From Styela clava (Eukaryota): a stretch of DNA of 64,000 nucleotides. Numbering within the stretch: position 1 is the stretch's first letter; every line of letters begins with the position of its first letter. The stretch is taken from NCBI RefSeq assembly GCF_964204865.1, contig NC_135257.1:9610001-9674000 (forward strand). Reading direction: 5' to 3'. Below the pieces are notes generated by a model that saw only the letters and a program-made list of their open reading frames with translations, had not been told where the DNA came from and did not search any database. The position numbers were made by a program, and so were the translations under genes. Shown here piece after piece: positions 1 to 13,642 of this stretch.

Positions 1-3000
1 TCGACCTATCCAACAGGCTGAATGAAAAGCCGACCAATCCAGAACAATGTCTTTTTGGAAAACAATTCACGGATCACATGTTTGCCGTTGAATGGACGAG
101 AAAGAAAGGATGGGGAATTCCACAGATCAAGCCGCTTCAAAATCTGAGCATGCATCCCGCTACTTCAGCACTTCACTATGCCATCCAGGTTGTTAACTTT
201 TATGTGCAAATAAGAGTGTCATGTTGTCAAATATTGACCGATGACTACAGACTGGATCTTGTTGTCAAATATTGACAGATGTTAGTTTACAATAGGTTAT
301 TGGATTAACTCAATTCGTCATTTTCTTCATGCGTCAATCTTGGTATGCCACAGTAACAGGTGATTTTTGTTATTCAAAAAAATTGGATTTGGAAGGTGGA
401 TCAATACCTATTCTTTCTTAGCTTTTACCGGTCTGTTTCGTAAGTCCGTTCAGTGTTTACCCTATTACACTCGATAATTACTAATCCTATTTTCAATACA
501 ATTAACAAACAGCTGTTCGAAGGTATGAAAGCATATCGCACGGTCGATAATCGAATCGCCATGTTTCGCCCCATGCATAATATGGACAGAATGCTAAGGA
601 CAGCTCAAAGAGCAGCACTACCGGTAAGTGACAATTTGAACCATTTGAAAGTGATGTATCCAGATGTCGTTAACTTGTAGTTTTCATTGTGACATAAGAA
701 GAAATCGATTGCCGCCAATCGGCATATGTATGCACGTTTGCTTATCCACGTGATACGTAACATTTCGTGCTGCTCAAATATGCAGGTGCATTTTTTATTT
801 CAAAACCAAAACACCTTTGTTGCAACAAAATTAATCGAATTAAGCTCTTTGTTTTCCTATTTCTAATTTCGACCAAATCCACTCTGTGAATTAGGACGTC
901 AACTCTTGTTTAAATTTATCCAATTTACTTGTATTGAATTTTTGTCAAAAACAGTAATTCATAATGAGCGCGGGCAACAGACATGTCGTCTTTCTGCAAA
1001 TCAGAAAAGTAGTTCTCATAAAAGCTTGAGAAGTTGAGAACAATGATTGCCGCTTTGAGCGAAAGCTACATTTGTTTAGAATGAATTAGGTCAAATTTTG
1101 AAGGACACTCAACGCACGATGAAGGCTGGCAACATAATACATCATTGAAAGTTCTTTTCGCTTTGCCATATGACAAGGTATACTTTCGCAATATTATGTT
1201 TGTAATATTTTCGTACTGGCTTGTAAAAGCTAGTTTTCCATACGAAGTTATCAAAATATTACAAGAATAAAAATCACAAATAACACTCATTCAATATTGG
1301 TACATCCTATGTCATCGTTGCATCATATTTCGGTTGTTTACACATTCAGTGGTATTTTTCTTCCGGCGTTTTCAAAAGCGTAACCGGAATGGAGCTTCGC
1401 CTTCAGGCCAGCGTATGATGCAACGATTACTCACTAACTTGCTATGATGATCGGTCTATGATGTCATATATTGTTATACGAGTCTCGGATGATAAATTAC
1501 ACCAAAAATAGAGGTCGAAAAACATTTGCTTCCATTCTAAGCGCATTATCAACTCTGATGGACTATAATATTTGATTTTCCTCTATCGTGACTGGATGAA
1601 AACCTTTAATGTATGCGATCATTGTAGTAATACGATATATACACAGCTTTTAATTCCATTTATTTCCGTTGCGTTGACTTATATCTAAATAAATCATTTG
1701 CTACCCTGCAATTCCGAAATTAGTTTTACGTACATGAGCGAAAAACAAATTTTGACTGAATTATTCTTGTGAAGTATGAATCCCATTTAGAAGCCCGCAG
1801 TACATCATCTCTCGTGAGAAAATGACTATGTATATTTCATATATGAAGGCAAAGCTAAATAGCGGAATTAGAAATAGGAAAACTCCATTTGCTTGTTTGA
1901 AATGTTATTTATTTCCTTACAAAAGTGTACCTTTTTCGGGGAATACTGAAGAAACGCAACGAATTCAGTGGAACTTATGAATGACTAATTAATTTATTGT
2001 TGTCACAAATATGATCAGTGTTTTGAGTATTGTTCATATTGTAGTTTTTCGATGATCTTTAATCAGAATATAATTTCAGTTGCGAGACGGCTTGTTCTTA
2101 GTTAAATGCTCGTTTTTCCTTTTCTAGGAATTTGATAAAGAAGAATTTTTGAAATGCATTTCCGAATTAATTAGAGTCGACAACGAATGGGTCCCATTTT
2201 CAACCAAAGCTTCTCTGTACATAAGACCAACCTTCATAAGCACAGAGGTAAAGTACACTTATCTTTGCTAAAATTTGATCTCCTTCAAGCATGATTTAAA
2301 GTTTTGATTCGGTTTATGTGGCGTTATCACTCTTTACAACTGAACTGTTACTTTCATTTGATAATCAAAACATATCACTATTTTGCAGCAAACGCTTGGA
2401 GTTAACGTACCAAATTCAGCTTTATTATACTGCATTTTATGCCCGGTCGGCCCCTACTTCGAAACAGGAGCATTCGAACCAGTCTCACTTATGGCAGATC
2501 CAAAATATATAAGAGCTTTCCCAGGCGGTGTTGGAGCTTACAAATTAGGAAGGTATGTATGTAGTTTTTATCGAATTTCATATTTCCACTTATAATTTCT
2601 CCGCAAATGCTCGCTGGCTTGAACTGTTTGTCAAATGGTCGGTTCGTATTTCCCTCATTCAGGATTAACAGACTCTGTATCATTTCCTGTTAGATGCATT
2701 GCTCGCGTAATATAGAAACAGCTCACTCGCCCCCGAACGACTCTATGATGCTATTTTATTTAAATACATACGTCATCTTCGATTTTACAAACCGAGGTTA
2801 TTTTTCAGTACTTTTCCATTAATCTATCAATTTGTTTCGACTCTAATCGATATAATAATCACGCACCAATCTTATATTTAAATATATTGTTATTTATGGG
2901 CGGCTGATGGTGATAAATTCAGGTGATTACCTATGAAATTGTATGAACTTAAAAAGCCTACGACACTCGGCTGTGACCTTGCTGTGTTGTATTATTACAC

Positions 3001-6000
3001 GTTATTTTCAACCTTATTTTCAGCAACTACGGTCCAACGATAGAGGTTCAACAAGAAGCGCAATCTCGAGGTTGTCAGCAAGTTTTGTGGTTGTACGGTG
3101 ATGATCACGAGGTAACAGAAGTCGGGACAATGAATGTTTTTGTATACTGGATCAATGAAGAAGGAGGTGAGTTCTTCTTAGATGCTTACGGCTTATGCTT
3201 ACGATTACCTATCGAATCGTGATCCATCTTTGGATATTTTAGGCAAAAATATTATTTATTATTCGGATAATTCTTGACAAACCCATTTCTGAATACTCAT
3301 CAACAATCAGGTTAGAAATCAAAATCATCTTTCTGTGAAAATTTAACGCTTTGCTGTGTACCCGTTGCGGCCTACCGCAATATTAAGATTTTATTCCTCA
3401 CTCTACAGAAGTGTTTCTGTATTTTGGGGATCACTTTCTGAATCTAAAAGTAGCCTAGGTTTTAGTAATTAGCTAGTAATTTTGAAACTATTCGCTGTTG
3501 ATGAATGGTGATTGGTCTTGCAGTTTCGATTTTTACGGCATTATCATTAAAACAAGACATGGTGAATTGTGGCTTCGAGACTTGTCGGCTGAACGCGAAA
3601 ATTTATTTTTAATTCGAGCCTTGTGCAATACATCCTCAATTATGGTATTTGAGGCTAACCACTAATCACATCCTTTCAATTGTATGTTCCATTTGTATGG
3701 AATAACAGATTTGAAGGTATTTTAGGCTTGGTGTACTCTGCGCCATACTCATATGCTAATACTGCAATTTGTCATTTAGTTTGTCACTATGAGATTAAAA
3801 AACTATTCATTTTGTATCACGATTTAATGACTACATGATTCGTTGGTTAATATTAGATTCATGATTCATTGTACATGTCTCGTTACATTTGATGACAGGT
3901 ACATGCAATAAATCTTTTTCCCACGAAACTTAACAAAAACTTGTAGTTTATGATTGGATTTGAATAAAAATCAAATCGAGAGAAGCATCTGGCTACATGT
4001 CGTGTTTCATCTTATGTCATAGCGCCCAAACTCGTGTTCAATATCTGCTTTTGAGATTTGAATCTATCAATTCGCCTTCAAAGCATAAAAAATGTATGTA
4101 TGCTGCCAGTGCAGTATGCTCATATTTCAATGCCATAAGACAAAGACATAAAATAGAGTAATAGACAGTAAAATACATCTTCTTCATGAAATTAGCGATG
4201 TAATTAAATAATTCTTGGAACTGATCCTCGGGGATGGCAGCGTAATTACATGGTCAACATGCAGATTTGCAGCATTTCTAACCGTATGATGACCAATGAA
4301 TGATAATTCAGTTATGTGCGTTCACATTGCAACAATCGTTAACATTATGCCCTGCAAAAAACAACTGGTGTTGTAAGGCATCACGACCCGGCACATGTAA
4401 CCTATAATTACCGGTCATAGAATGAAGTACCGTCTGATTGTTGCAAATGAATCGTGTATACGAGAATTGTAATGTCACGTGTATTATCCAAAATTGTCAG
4501 CCAAACAAAATTTCGTGATTCGAGGAACCGGTAGAAGTTTTATATAATGTTTACAACTCAAAGTGCTATTGAATTATATATATTGAATAAATATATTCAA
4601 TGAATTGTGGTATGCTAAAACTACATGACAAGCCATACCTAGTTTGGACTATTTTTTTTTCAGCTAGGTACCATCAGCCATGATAGCCTCCCTCGATAGG
4701 GCAGACTGCATTCCACATTAAAAATTTCCAATTGCTATTTATCACATGGTCTCGTTTTTCAATTTCAGATTTGATGATTACCATTCGCTTTGAGTGAGAC
4801 TCTAAATATCTTCATTTTTGTTTGAATGAAATTTCTTTCCAAAATTTACCCAGTGAAACCATATGATCTTGTGGAGTTTAACTGCAAGCATGTCAGCAAA
4901 ACTAACTTTAATGCACTAATGAAATCTATTTTATTTTAGAGAAAGAACTCGTCACCATGCCACTGAGTACAGGAATTATTCTTCCGGGTGTGACACGTAA
5001 CAGTCTTATCGAACTCGCGAGTGACTGGGGTGAGTTCAAAGTAACTGAAAGAAGGTTCAACATGGGTGATGTGAAGAAAGCTCTCAAAGAAAACAGGGTG
5101 AGACCTTTTTAATTTAATATTGTGGAAATTTTTTGAAACGAAATGGCATAGTTTTCCAGTAATAACCCTTTGTACAGCCTGATTAAAGGGGGCGTCGACG
5201 TATCCCACTTAGCATCAAATTTAATGTTCACAATATAATGTTTAGTTACGGTCCATGTGAACAGTTTTTCCATAAGCTAGAAGCTGTGGCCATTTTTTAA
5301 ATTTATTTTATTTGGAACAATAAAGCACAACATGATTGTTACAATACCTATCAGCCCCTATGCCAATATGCTAATGTAGCTTCATATTGATTCCGTAACC
5401 CTCGGGATTCAAGTATACCTAATATCAGAAGGTCGCTAGAGGTGCCCGGTATTATTTTGTTTGCGCTATTTTCCGAAATTAAAGTCTATGACTACTAACG
5501 TAACTTACTCCCGTTAATTTTAGCATAATGAGGCTAATTTTCTAACTAGTTCTTTAGAGAAACCCGTTTTCGGCCTGTGCGTTTACATATAATTTTACTT
5601 ACTGAATTGAATATGTTTGGTTACAAATATTTACGCCTTTGCAAGGATTCGATGAACCATTCACAGCTTGGAATGATAATATAAAAACCTCCACTAGACT
5701 AGTCGAACATGTTTCCTTTTTTACAGAAGTTTTCATTTTTATATTACAGTTGATAGAAATGTTTGGCGCTGGTACAGCTTGCGTAGTTTGTCCAATAAAT
5801 CGTATTTTATATATGGATGAAGAATTACTTATTCCTACAATGGACAGCGGTGCAGAATTATCAAAACGATTTTTAAACGTTCTTACCGATATTCAGGTAA
5901 CTGGAATATTAATGAAATTGATATAGTTTCCTTATATTGCAAAAAAAAAACGAAGTTTGTGCACCAAGATGGCGCACAACCTGAACATAGTATGTGTACC

Positions 6001-7991
6001 AGGTTAGGCTTATCAGGTTGAGTGCCATCTTGGTGCACATACTTCTGGAGCGCCAAAAATCTTCCGCAGCAACAGTATGCGAAGACCCCCCTTGTACTAC
6101 GAAACAATTGTTCCGAGAATAGAATGTTGAAATTCTAAAGATGTATAGAATTCCCAGTGTTGGGAATAGCTCGTTTTGTTTCTTATATAATCGAACAATT
6201 GGAAATGCGATATTCGGATGACTGGTGAAAATTAGGTCATCCACCGTTCGACGAATTGTTTGATTGTGTTGGTTGAAAGTCTAAATTTAATTCCAACGTT
6301 GTTACACTCTGTGGGGGGCTTCTATTAGTCTTTGCAGGTTCTAGGTATATAGCTCCATAGAAGGATATTGAAGTTGAGACGTTAAATAGTTAGAATAACA
6401 TTCATAGTTTATATCGGTACCTAAAACCTATTTTCACTACAAAAGGTTTATCTTTTTCGATAATACCCAGGCGCACACTTGACGTACACACTCTGAGCAT
6501 TGTCAAGTTGTGTCGCTAAAATGGATTGCAAATGAGTTTAAGTGTGGACTGATTCTATATAATTGATTCTCCTCGTTAGGAAGCGTGACTCTTATCCGCG
6601 ATCGGCATCTTAACAACGCCTCCATTTTGTAGACCAATCAGGATGCAAAATAAATACAAAATGTTTATATTTTTCGATAATACCCAGGAGCACACTTGAC
6701 GTTCACACTCTGTGAATTGTCAAGCTGTGTCGCTAAAAATACGATTGCGAAAGAGTTTAGCGAGCGGTAGTCTGATTCTATATCATTGATTCTTCTCGTT
6801 AAGGGCGTGACTCTATCAGCGATCGGCATCTTAACAACGCCTCCATTTTGTAGGCCAATCAGGATAAAGACAAAAAAATGAAACATTGTCTGCGTTGCGC
6901 ATTATGCTGATGCTATGATGTTTTATTCATTTAACCCAATCTGAAAAATCAATATATACTGATATTTGCATATGCTGCGCCAAAGCGCGTGGATTTATTA
7001 TTTCATGTACTGACTTAACTTATTTTATGACCAAATAAACAAGCCGATAAGCCGATTTTAATTATATGGAACACTTTTTACAATTACCATGGCATGGAAT
7101 AGGTAATATTATATATACTCCAAATTCTTATCGCGTAACTTAGTTTACAGTAACTCGTGTCATATAACGATTTATAAATCAGACTTCCATTTCGTCTTAG
7201 ATTAGACTCATTTCTACCCATTTTATTTTTATGACTTGTGAAAAAAATGGTTCAATATTGTAACAGTTGGATTGGTTGTTTTTTCAAAGACCCAATAATA
7301 TTGCTAAAAGCAACCGTTTCACCATAAATAATTCAGTACTTGCATTTTAGAAACGTAGGATACGTTTTATTGGAATTGATCAGACGACAATCTTTATTAC
7401 CAGCCCGGATAAATTGTACATCTTGCAAATTAAAATATAATCATAGTCACAAAACATAATTTACTAATAAAGATATGTATCATAGATAGAAGTAGCATTT
7501 CATAAGTATATTGATAAGTACATTTTTTCTGCTATTTGCGATGCGACTAACGACTTGTAGTAATATACTGATATCCGGTTTAAACTGCAGCCTGATTAGC
7601 AATTTGCTTAGTCATGCTGCCTTACAAATATTTTTATTATTTGTTATTTGTAACGATCATATCTTTGCCCATTGGCGACTGGATCATGTCATCAAGCCTT
7701 GCGTGAAGTATAAATGAACGCAGCCATTTTAACCGTGCAATTATGAATATATATCGGAGGCAAGTTTGTATTATACCATTTTACAGCGTATGTATATGGC
7801 GTTATTTCCGCGTTTGTCTCACAATGAGTAGCCTCCCATTGTTTTACTGTCTGTATATGATATTCATAGCTATATCAAGTTTCCGTTTACTCAGGAACTC
7901 AACTTTGTATTTTCAGTACGGAAGAGTGGAGAGTGACTGGTCGCATACTGTCATGGATAGTTCCGAAGCCGCACGTATTCATAGCATTTGA
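1..7991 (+). CDS. BCAT: Branched-chain amino-acid aminotransferase (PLP fold IV), 5'-truncated by the window edge; exons <1-188, 513-623, 2128-2247, 2389-2552, 3024-3166, 4940-5097, 5750-5896, 7917-7991
   Basis: All introns are GT-AG and splice in frame. The translation contains BCAT hallmarks: [45 protein letters not shown] (PLP lysine), [28 protein letters not shown] (CXXC) and [11 protein letters not shown], with TGA ending at 7991. Confidence 0.97.
5952..6050. mobile_element. Short hairpin MITE-like element, copy 1 (BCAT intron)
   Basis: Long inverted arms gaagtttgtgcaccaagatggcgcacaacctga ... tcaggttgagtgccatcttggtgcacatacttc. Further copies lie at 19512 and 63308. Confidence 0.8.
6447..6880 (+). 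repeat. Diverged tandem duplication, two ~217-bp units, in the last BCAT intron
   Basis: Units start near 6447 and 6664. Both contain ttttcgataatacccagg.gcacacttgacgt and gcgatcggcatcttaacaacgcctccattttgtag.ccaatcaggat. Confidence 0.85.
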
Positions 7992-10900
7992 ATTTGAGAA
8001 CAAGATAAACCTGGCACTCTTATCGACCAATAAGCGTTTTGTAGACGACCATACCTCCTCCAGTCAACATAGACAAACCTTGATACACGAGGGCTTTCAA
8101 ATATAAAAATCAATGTCTGTGGAACACGTATATAGTTTGCCTTTAGGCAGCACCGGAGATTTTGTGTTCGTATTCCATTTGAAAATTTAATATTATTCAC
8201 TGCTTATTTACATATTGTTGAAAATCAGGATCAATGGCTTAGAATTTTGAAATCTAGACGAAGAATCTGATTGTTTCAATTCATAACCTGTTTGAAATTC
8301 AATCGTTTTTCTCATGAACGCAACACTATTTATTGGCTCATGCGTCTACAGAAGTTTGAAGATTTTATCAGCTTTCAGTTTATTTTGTTTTTTTCCCTAA
8401 GTACAGGCGTTTGATCTTTACATCATGACACATTTTGTCTTTTATGGCAGATTTCGTGATGCCGTTGTTTTTTGCTTTTCGTTTTAATTACAAAATTTCG
8501 TTCTTTATTTTTTTAGATTGCTTATGTTTGCCGTGCTAATACGATATCACACCGAGTACACACCTAAATTTTTCCATGTGGGATATTTTTGATCTTTTTT
8601 CTTTGTTCTTCAACATTTGGTCAATCTGTCTCGTGAAACTTTTCTATCAATGGCCCTTGTTTAGCTAATTCAATTTTCAACCGACCTTGCTTGTCATGAT
8701 TCAGTCCCGAAATCAGCTAAACCTGTTTTAATATACACAGATTTCATTTGATTTTCTCACGTATACACAAAGTCTTGTATGCTTGCCTATTTATTTAGTT
8801 TTTAAGTTATGCTTTTCACGTTCATATACACAATTTTGTTGCTTTAGTTTTAGCTATCCGCTTTATCGCCAAATAAAGTTGAAGCCACAACTGTTGAATG
8901 ATATACTTTTTTTCACTTCATAAAGGATGTCATAGGATTTTATTTTTACCGGCTATAAGATTATCCATTTCCACGCAGGCTTGTCACATTTGATATTTCT
9001 TATCAATGTTCGCAGGCTTTTGTTATCATTTACACATGCAGCTATAAGAACATCATACACTGTCGAAAATAACCACCAAATGTAGCAAAATCCGATATGG
9101 AGTGTTCCATTTTTATGAAGCGTATTAAACATTGAATATATTACAGAGGACGCGCCATTTACAAACAACTTCATGTATATCTTTTTTGATCGCAAGCAAC
9201 ATATAAATTTCAATCTTTGCGTTCAGAGTGTTTAAAATATAGACTATTTGGTATATTTTCAAAAAATTAATGCTCCCGCCCGCCATCTAGCGTTGTGCTA
9301 TTTCTTATGCTATGGTAAAATTATTATAAAGAAGCCCAGTTTATACACAAAGAATATTAATTATATTTGCTTTGAATGTTATAATGTGTTTGCTGTATAT
9401 AATTGATAGTGCGTTTTGTATTTATTATAGTATTCTTTAATTTACAAAACGAGTACAATCTCGACTGTAATCGCCTGGTCAACTTAAGACACTGATTTTC
9501 TGTATTTCTTTCGCAGAGTTAATAATTGTTTGTTTGTCTCGCTAGTTAATGTATGTTGAATCAGACAATAATTCTAGTATTTTCATGGCATTAAATGACA
9601 ATAATTTTTTGTATATGGATTTTTCCAAAATCTGCGATATGCATTCAAGAATACTGAATTCGATATTAGCTGGACTATAGATGTCGTTTAGTAGTGTCAA
9701 ATTATGTTCATATAGAATTAAATTGCTTATTTCAACGAATAATCTAAAACTGTCAGAAACACCCATTTTCTTGGTACCCCATTTTACAATTTGTAACTGC
9801 AAACACTCGAGTTTTCTTGCTTAAAGGTAAATGTTTCTCCTTGCCCAAAATAAACTGTGTTCGCCGATATTGCTGTAAATTTTGTAGATATCAATATGTA
9901 TGTAGATTAGGTTTCATTTTGTTGTTTTGTGAAAATAAAAGTTCACGAAAATCCAGATGTCTGTTTCTTGATGGCTAGCGACGATTTGAGAAGATGTTCA
10001 TTCAGTGTTCATTGTCATTACATAGGAGATGTTTTGCACTGTTTGAATTATACTACCTATTACCTAATGAAATTTTGCTTGTCATGTGCAGGTTTTTTTA
10101 AACCTTTTATCAGGGCCCGCCTCATGAATCGCCAGTAATTTCCTGCACGCCTCATTCAGTGTTAACCGGCACCAATGATTTCCCTACACCCCCTACAGTC
10201 ATTGTCTTCTCGCTTTTAAACTATTTACCAGATATTTGAGCTTACATTTAATTAATTGATAACTACGAAAAAATAAAAGAAGGCAACAATCCATACGAAA
10301 CTTATCAATAAGATGTTATCAGTCTGATTATTTATATCAATTTGTCGTTCGGTTACCCCGCTTCAACAGGTGAAGAGACAAGGCGTATTATAGTTAATAT
10401 AATACGCTTTATTATTCAGTTAAACGACCTAATTCTTTTCGAAAACGTGTCAATAATATATAATTGAAATTTTTTCATCGTTATTGTTAATGTTCACTCA
10501 TCGTTTCATTCGTGTACATTAAATAAAAATAACGATATTATATGGAATATTAAAAAATCCGGAATCTAGAACATTTTCAATCCTCCAAAAAATCATAATG
10601 GTTATTGAAAGAGAAGTAAAATTTTCTGTGCATTCACTATTTTTTTTTTTGAGATTAAATTTGTACACAGGCGCTTCCGTAATCTTGCTGGTAAATAAAA
10701 GACGCTTGTTCATTCATGAAATGTGTATTTTACTCATTATTATTGGATCGAACATTTGATAATTCATGGAGATATGTTACAATGCTTTTATCCAATTTAA
10801 AACTTCCCCCAAATTATACATTTACAATTTCAGCCAAATATTTTTTTGGTGAAAAAACATTGTGAGGCGATTCAGGTATCCCTGTTGCGTCATTGCCACG

Positions 10901-11000
10901 AAAATATATCATTTTAATATGTATTATGCTGAATAAGAGAACACAGTAAATGTTATAGTCGCCTACAGTAAAGTATTTGAAATATTTCATATAACTAGAA

Positions 11001-12739
11001 CTATCCTCTTCTTCCAGCTTTTCCATTTCTCACAAGTGGGCAGTAAGTTCGGACGACATGAGTCTTGATTCCTGCTTTTTTTAGTTGTCTCTGGATGAGC
11101 TTTCTCAATGTTGGCGTGTTGCGCCTGAGTTTGGTCAAAACCCATACAGCTCGCTCGTCTTAACGTGGGATATAATATAATAAATATTTATGAAACTACC
11201 TGTCGAGAAGAAGAATAAATTTGTCGAGAAGAATTTACACTTACTATTTGGGAGGCAAAGTGAAGCGATGAGAAAGCGACGTCGTCTATCAGCGTAAAAA
11301 GAGACAAGGTTGCGGTGACCTTTAACCTCTGTAATAAAAATGAAAAAGAAATCAGTGAAAGTATTCAGTTATGGGGAGAGTTAGATTTGAATTGATTATA
11401 AATTTCGCCGTTTCTTATTCTTCGTGCTAACAATGTCTTTGCGCAATTTTAATGCAAATTTCAACTCACCCTTTGACAGAATTGACTTGCTGGTTTTGGG
11501 ATAGTTGTATCGTATGATGTTTCTCCAGGAAGCAGCTGTAATATAGTAGAATAAACGGCGTCATCAAGACGTTGTTAGGGTCCTAACATTTTGGAATACG
11601 GACTTGATAGTTGCAATGATATTTTAATATGAGTGAGTGTGAGTTCGCCTACATGTAGATAACTAAAATGAATGGCGTTAGCAAGACAATGTTAGAATAC
11701 TAACTTATTTCATATATAGATCTCATAGTAGAAATTATTTGCTCATTACAGGTCAGTGACTGCTCATACATAGCCCTATTTAGAGTGAAAAGCGTTGTAT
11801 GATTACTCTCGTCGCAAAGTCATAATTTTGCAGTGATAAAAAAGCCATGAAATTTCGAGAACTGAATATGCAAATTATTCGTAATCTAGAGGAGACAGAT
11901 ACAATTGAAAAAGGTGTATTTTTATGCTTCGACTGACTGTCATATTGCAATATTTTATTTTTGCAAGAAAAAGTGATATAATTTCCATGCAGAGCAGAAA
12001 TAAATGGTATACTCACTGAAATCTTTTGACAGATCATATACGTTTCCACTGATATGCTTGGCATCGATCTGATATACTTGATGTGGATTAGGTCTGCAAT
12101 TCAAAAATAGTTTTACTATGTTAGGTTTTCCATAAAAATAGTCATATTTTTGTTTTTTCTCACCCGTATTTTAAGCTGATTTTGATCGCAGATTTCTTTC
12201 CTCTTTGCACAACACTAAAACGACTGCATTTATACAAGTCAGTAAATTCATCCTTACTGTTCATTGCCCAATTCCAACCTCCGGAATACTGAATTTAGAA
12301 TATATAAATAGTACAATATTTGAAAGTTATATCAAAAATTTTCAGAATATTTGAGTAAAATAACCGAACATTTAGCACGATAGCGCAAAAATTCTGAGCA
12401 AGAGAAACAGCGATAATTATTAATTTTCATAACGTTGGCGTATATATTTCAAGATAAGTCCTACTTATACAAGCTTTTTAGTAGCAAGTCCAAATATATG
12501 AATGCAATAAATACATAAAATTCTGATTTATTTTACAGTTAGTGTATTTAAATAAGGTTTTAGGTAGATGTGATATCATAAATGCATACAGTAAGTTTAA
12601 TTGTGCATAGATATTCAGGAATTATGTTCCTTACCTGCTTGAAATCAATAGCTGCCGTCTTTTTCAACTTCTCGCAGGCCAAAACCCCCCAATTGGATAT
12701 TTGGACAATTACAGCAATGAAAATTAGCAACTTCAACAT
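11001..12739 (-). CDS. Secreted lipocalin-like (ApoD/bilin-binding-type) protein, 204 aa; exons 12739-12635, 12288-12164, 12093-12017, 11535-11470, 11328-11245, 11158-11001
   Basis: Six exons join through GT-AG introns (phases 0,2,1,1,1) into one 615-nt ORF: MLKLLIFIAVIVQISNWGVLA|CEKLKKTAAIDFKQYSGGWNW...YKC...FYADRRRRFLIASLC...AVWVLTKLRR...TYCPLVRNGKAGRRG*. It has a hydrophobic signal peptide, an SCR1-like DFxxYxGxW motif, an SCR3-like WVLTK followed by a helix, and four Cys spaced as in ApoD-type lipocalins. The last acceptor is a weaker AAG. Confidence 0.8.
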
Positions 12740-13642
12740 TTTTTAGATGTTTTCGGTCCGCCAGACAATCCTAAAATGTTCAAATATTAACTATCGACGA
12801 TAATTATACCAAAGACACTTTATCATTAAAATATTACTATGAAAAAATGCAAGTAAAAAGCAATTGCCTTTGCGTGACATTTAGACGACTGATAGTAGCC
12901 ACACACTTGTAAAAATATTGCTGGAATCGCAGACTAATCCAATGTTTTTTTAAGTAGTGTGCCATCTGTTTTATATGGGTCATAGTCATATTGAGTAGAA
13001 GCATGTATATGTTTACGGAAATGACTAGGACCTACCATAATCTCACGAAAACTTCAATATGTTATTTGCGTGAGTTTACGATAGAAAACAGGGATATTAA
13101 AGCTGTTCGGAATAAAAAATGTTTAAAATATTGGGTGAGATATAGTTTTAGAATTGCATAATATTTAGTATCAATACGTGACATGTAATCAATCAGGCAC
13201 AAGATTATTATATCTGACTCTACATTCAAGAGTATGATATTATATGATGTACTGATGTATAGGATATATATATAAAGAATATCAGAAAAGTTTAGTCATA
13301 AAAAACACACAATCTGGTTCATACACACGTATGGTGTTTACGGAAATGGTACTAATCTCATGAGCGTGTCTCTGAGATTTGCGTAATCTTTCGTTTTATT
13401 TTCCTGAAACTGTTTTAAATATTATACTATTATCGATATTTATATATATGTAATTTTCCATGGTGTTTTAGGGTCTGTTATTCGCTGTCGATACATGATT
13501 CATTTGGCACGAGACGAAACAAAGAAGCGTGAGACAGTTCTGGTACAAGTCCCCGTGAGTCCGAGCTCCTTCAAATTTTAAAGCTCGATTCTCATGTACG
13601 GCCCAGTTACCTGTTGTCACGTCAAATGTCGAGTCGCTGATA

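Noticed and set aside
1444-1558. Possible intronic C/D snoRNA (atgatga ... ctga) in a BCAT intron
   Set aside because: There is no terminal stem or recognisable rRNA guide, and the boxes are expected by chance.
11780-12064. 94-aa ORF-track entry overlapping lipocalin exon 3
   Set aside because: It is in the wrong frame and runs through the intron. The splice-consistent frame reads PNPHQVYQIDAKHISGNVYDLSKDF.
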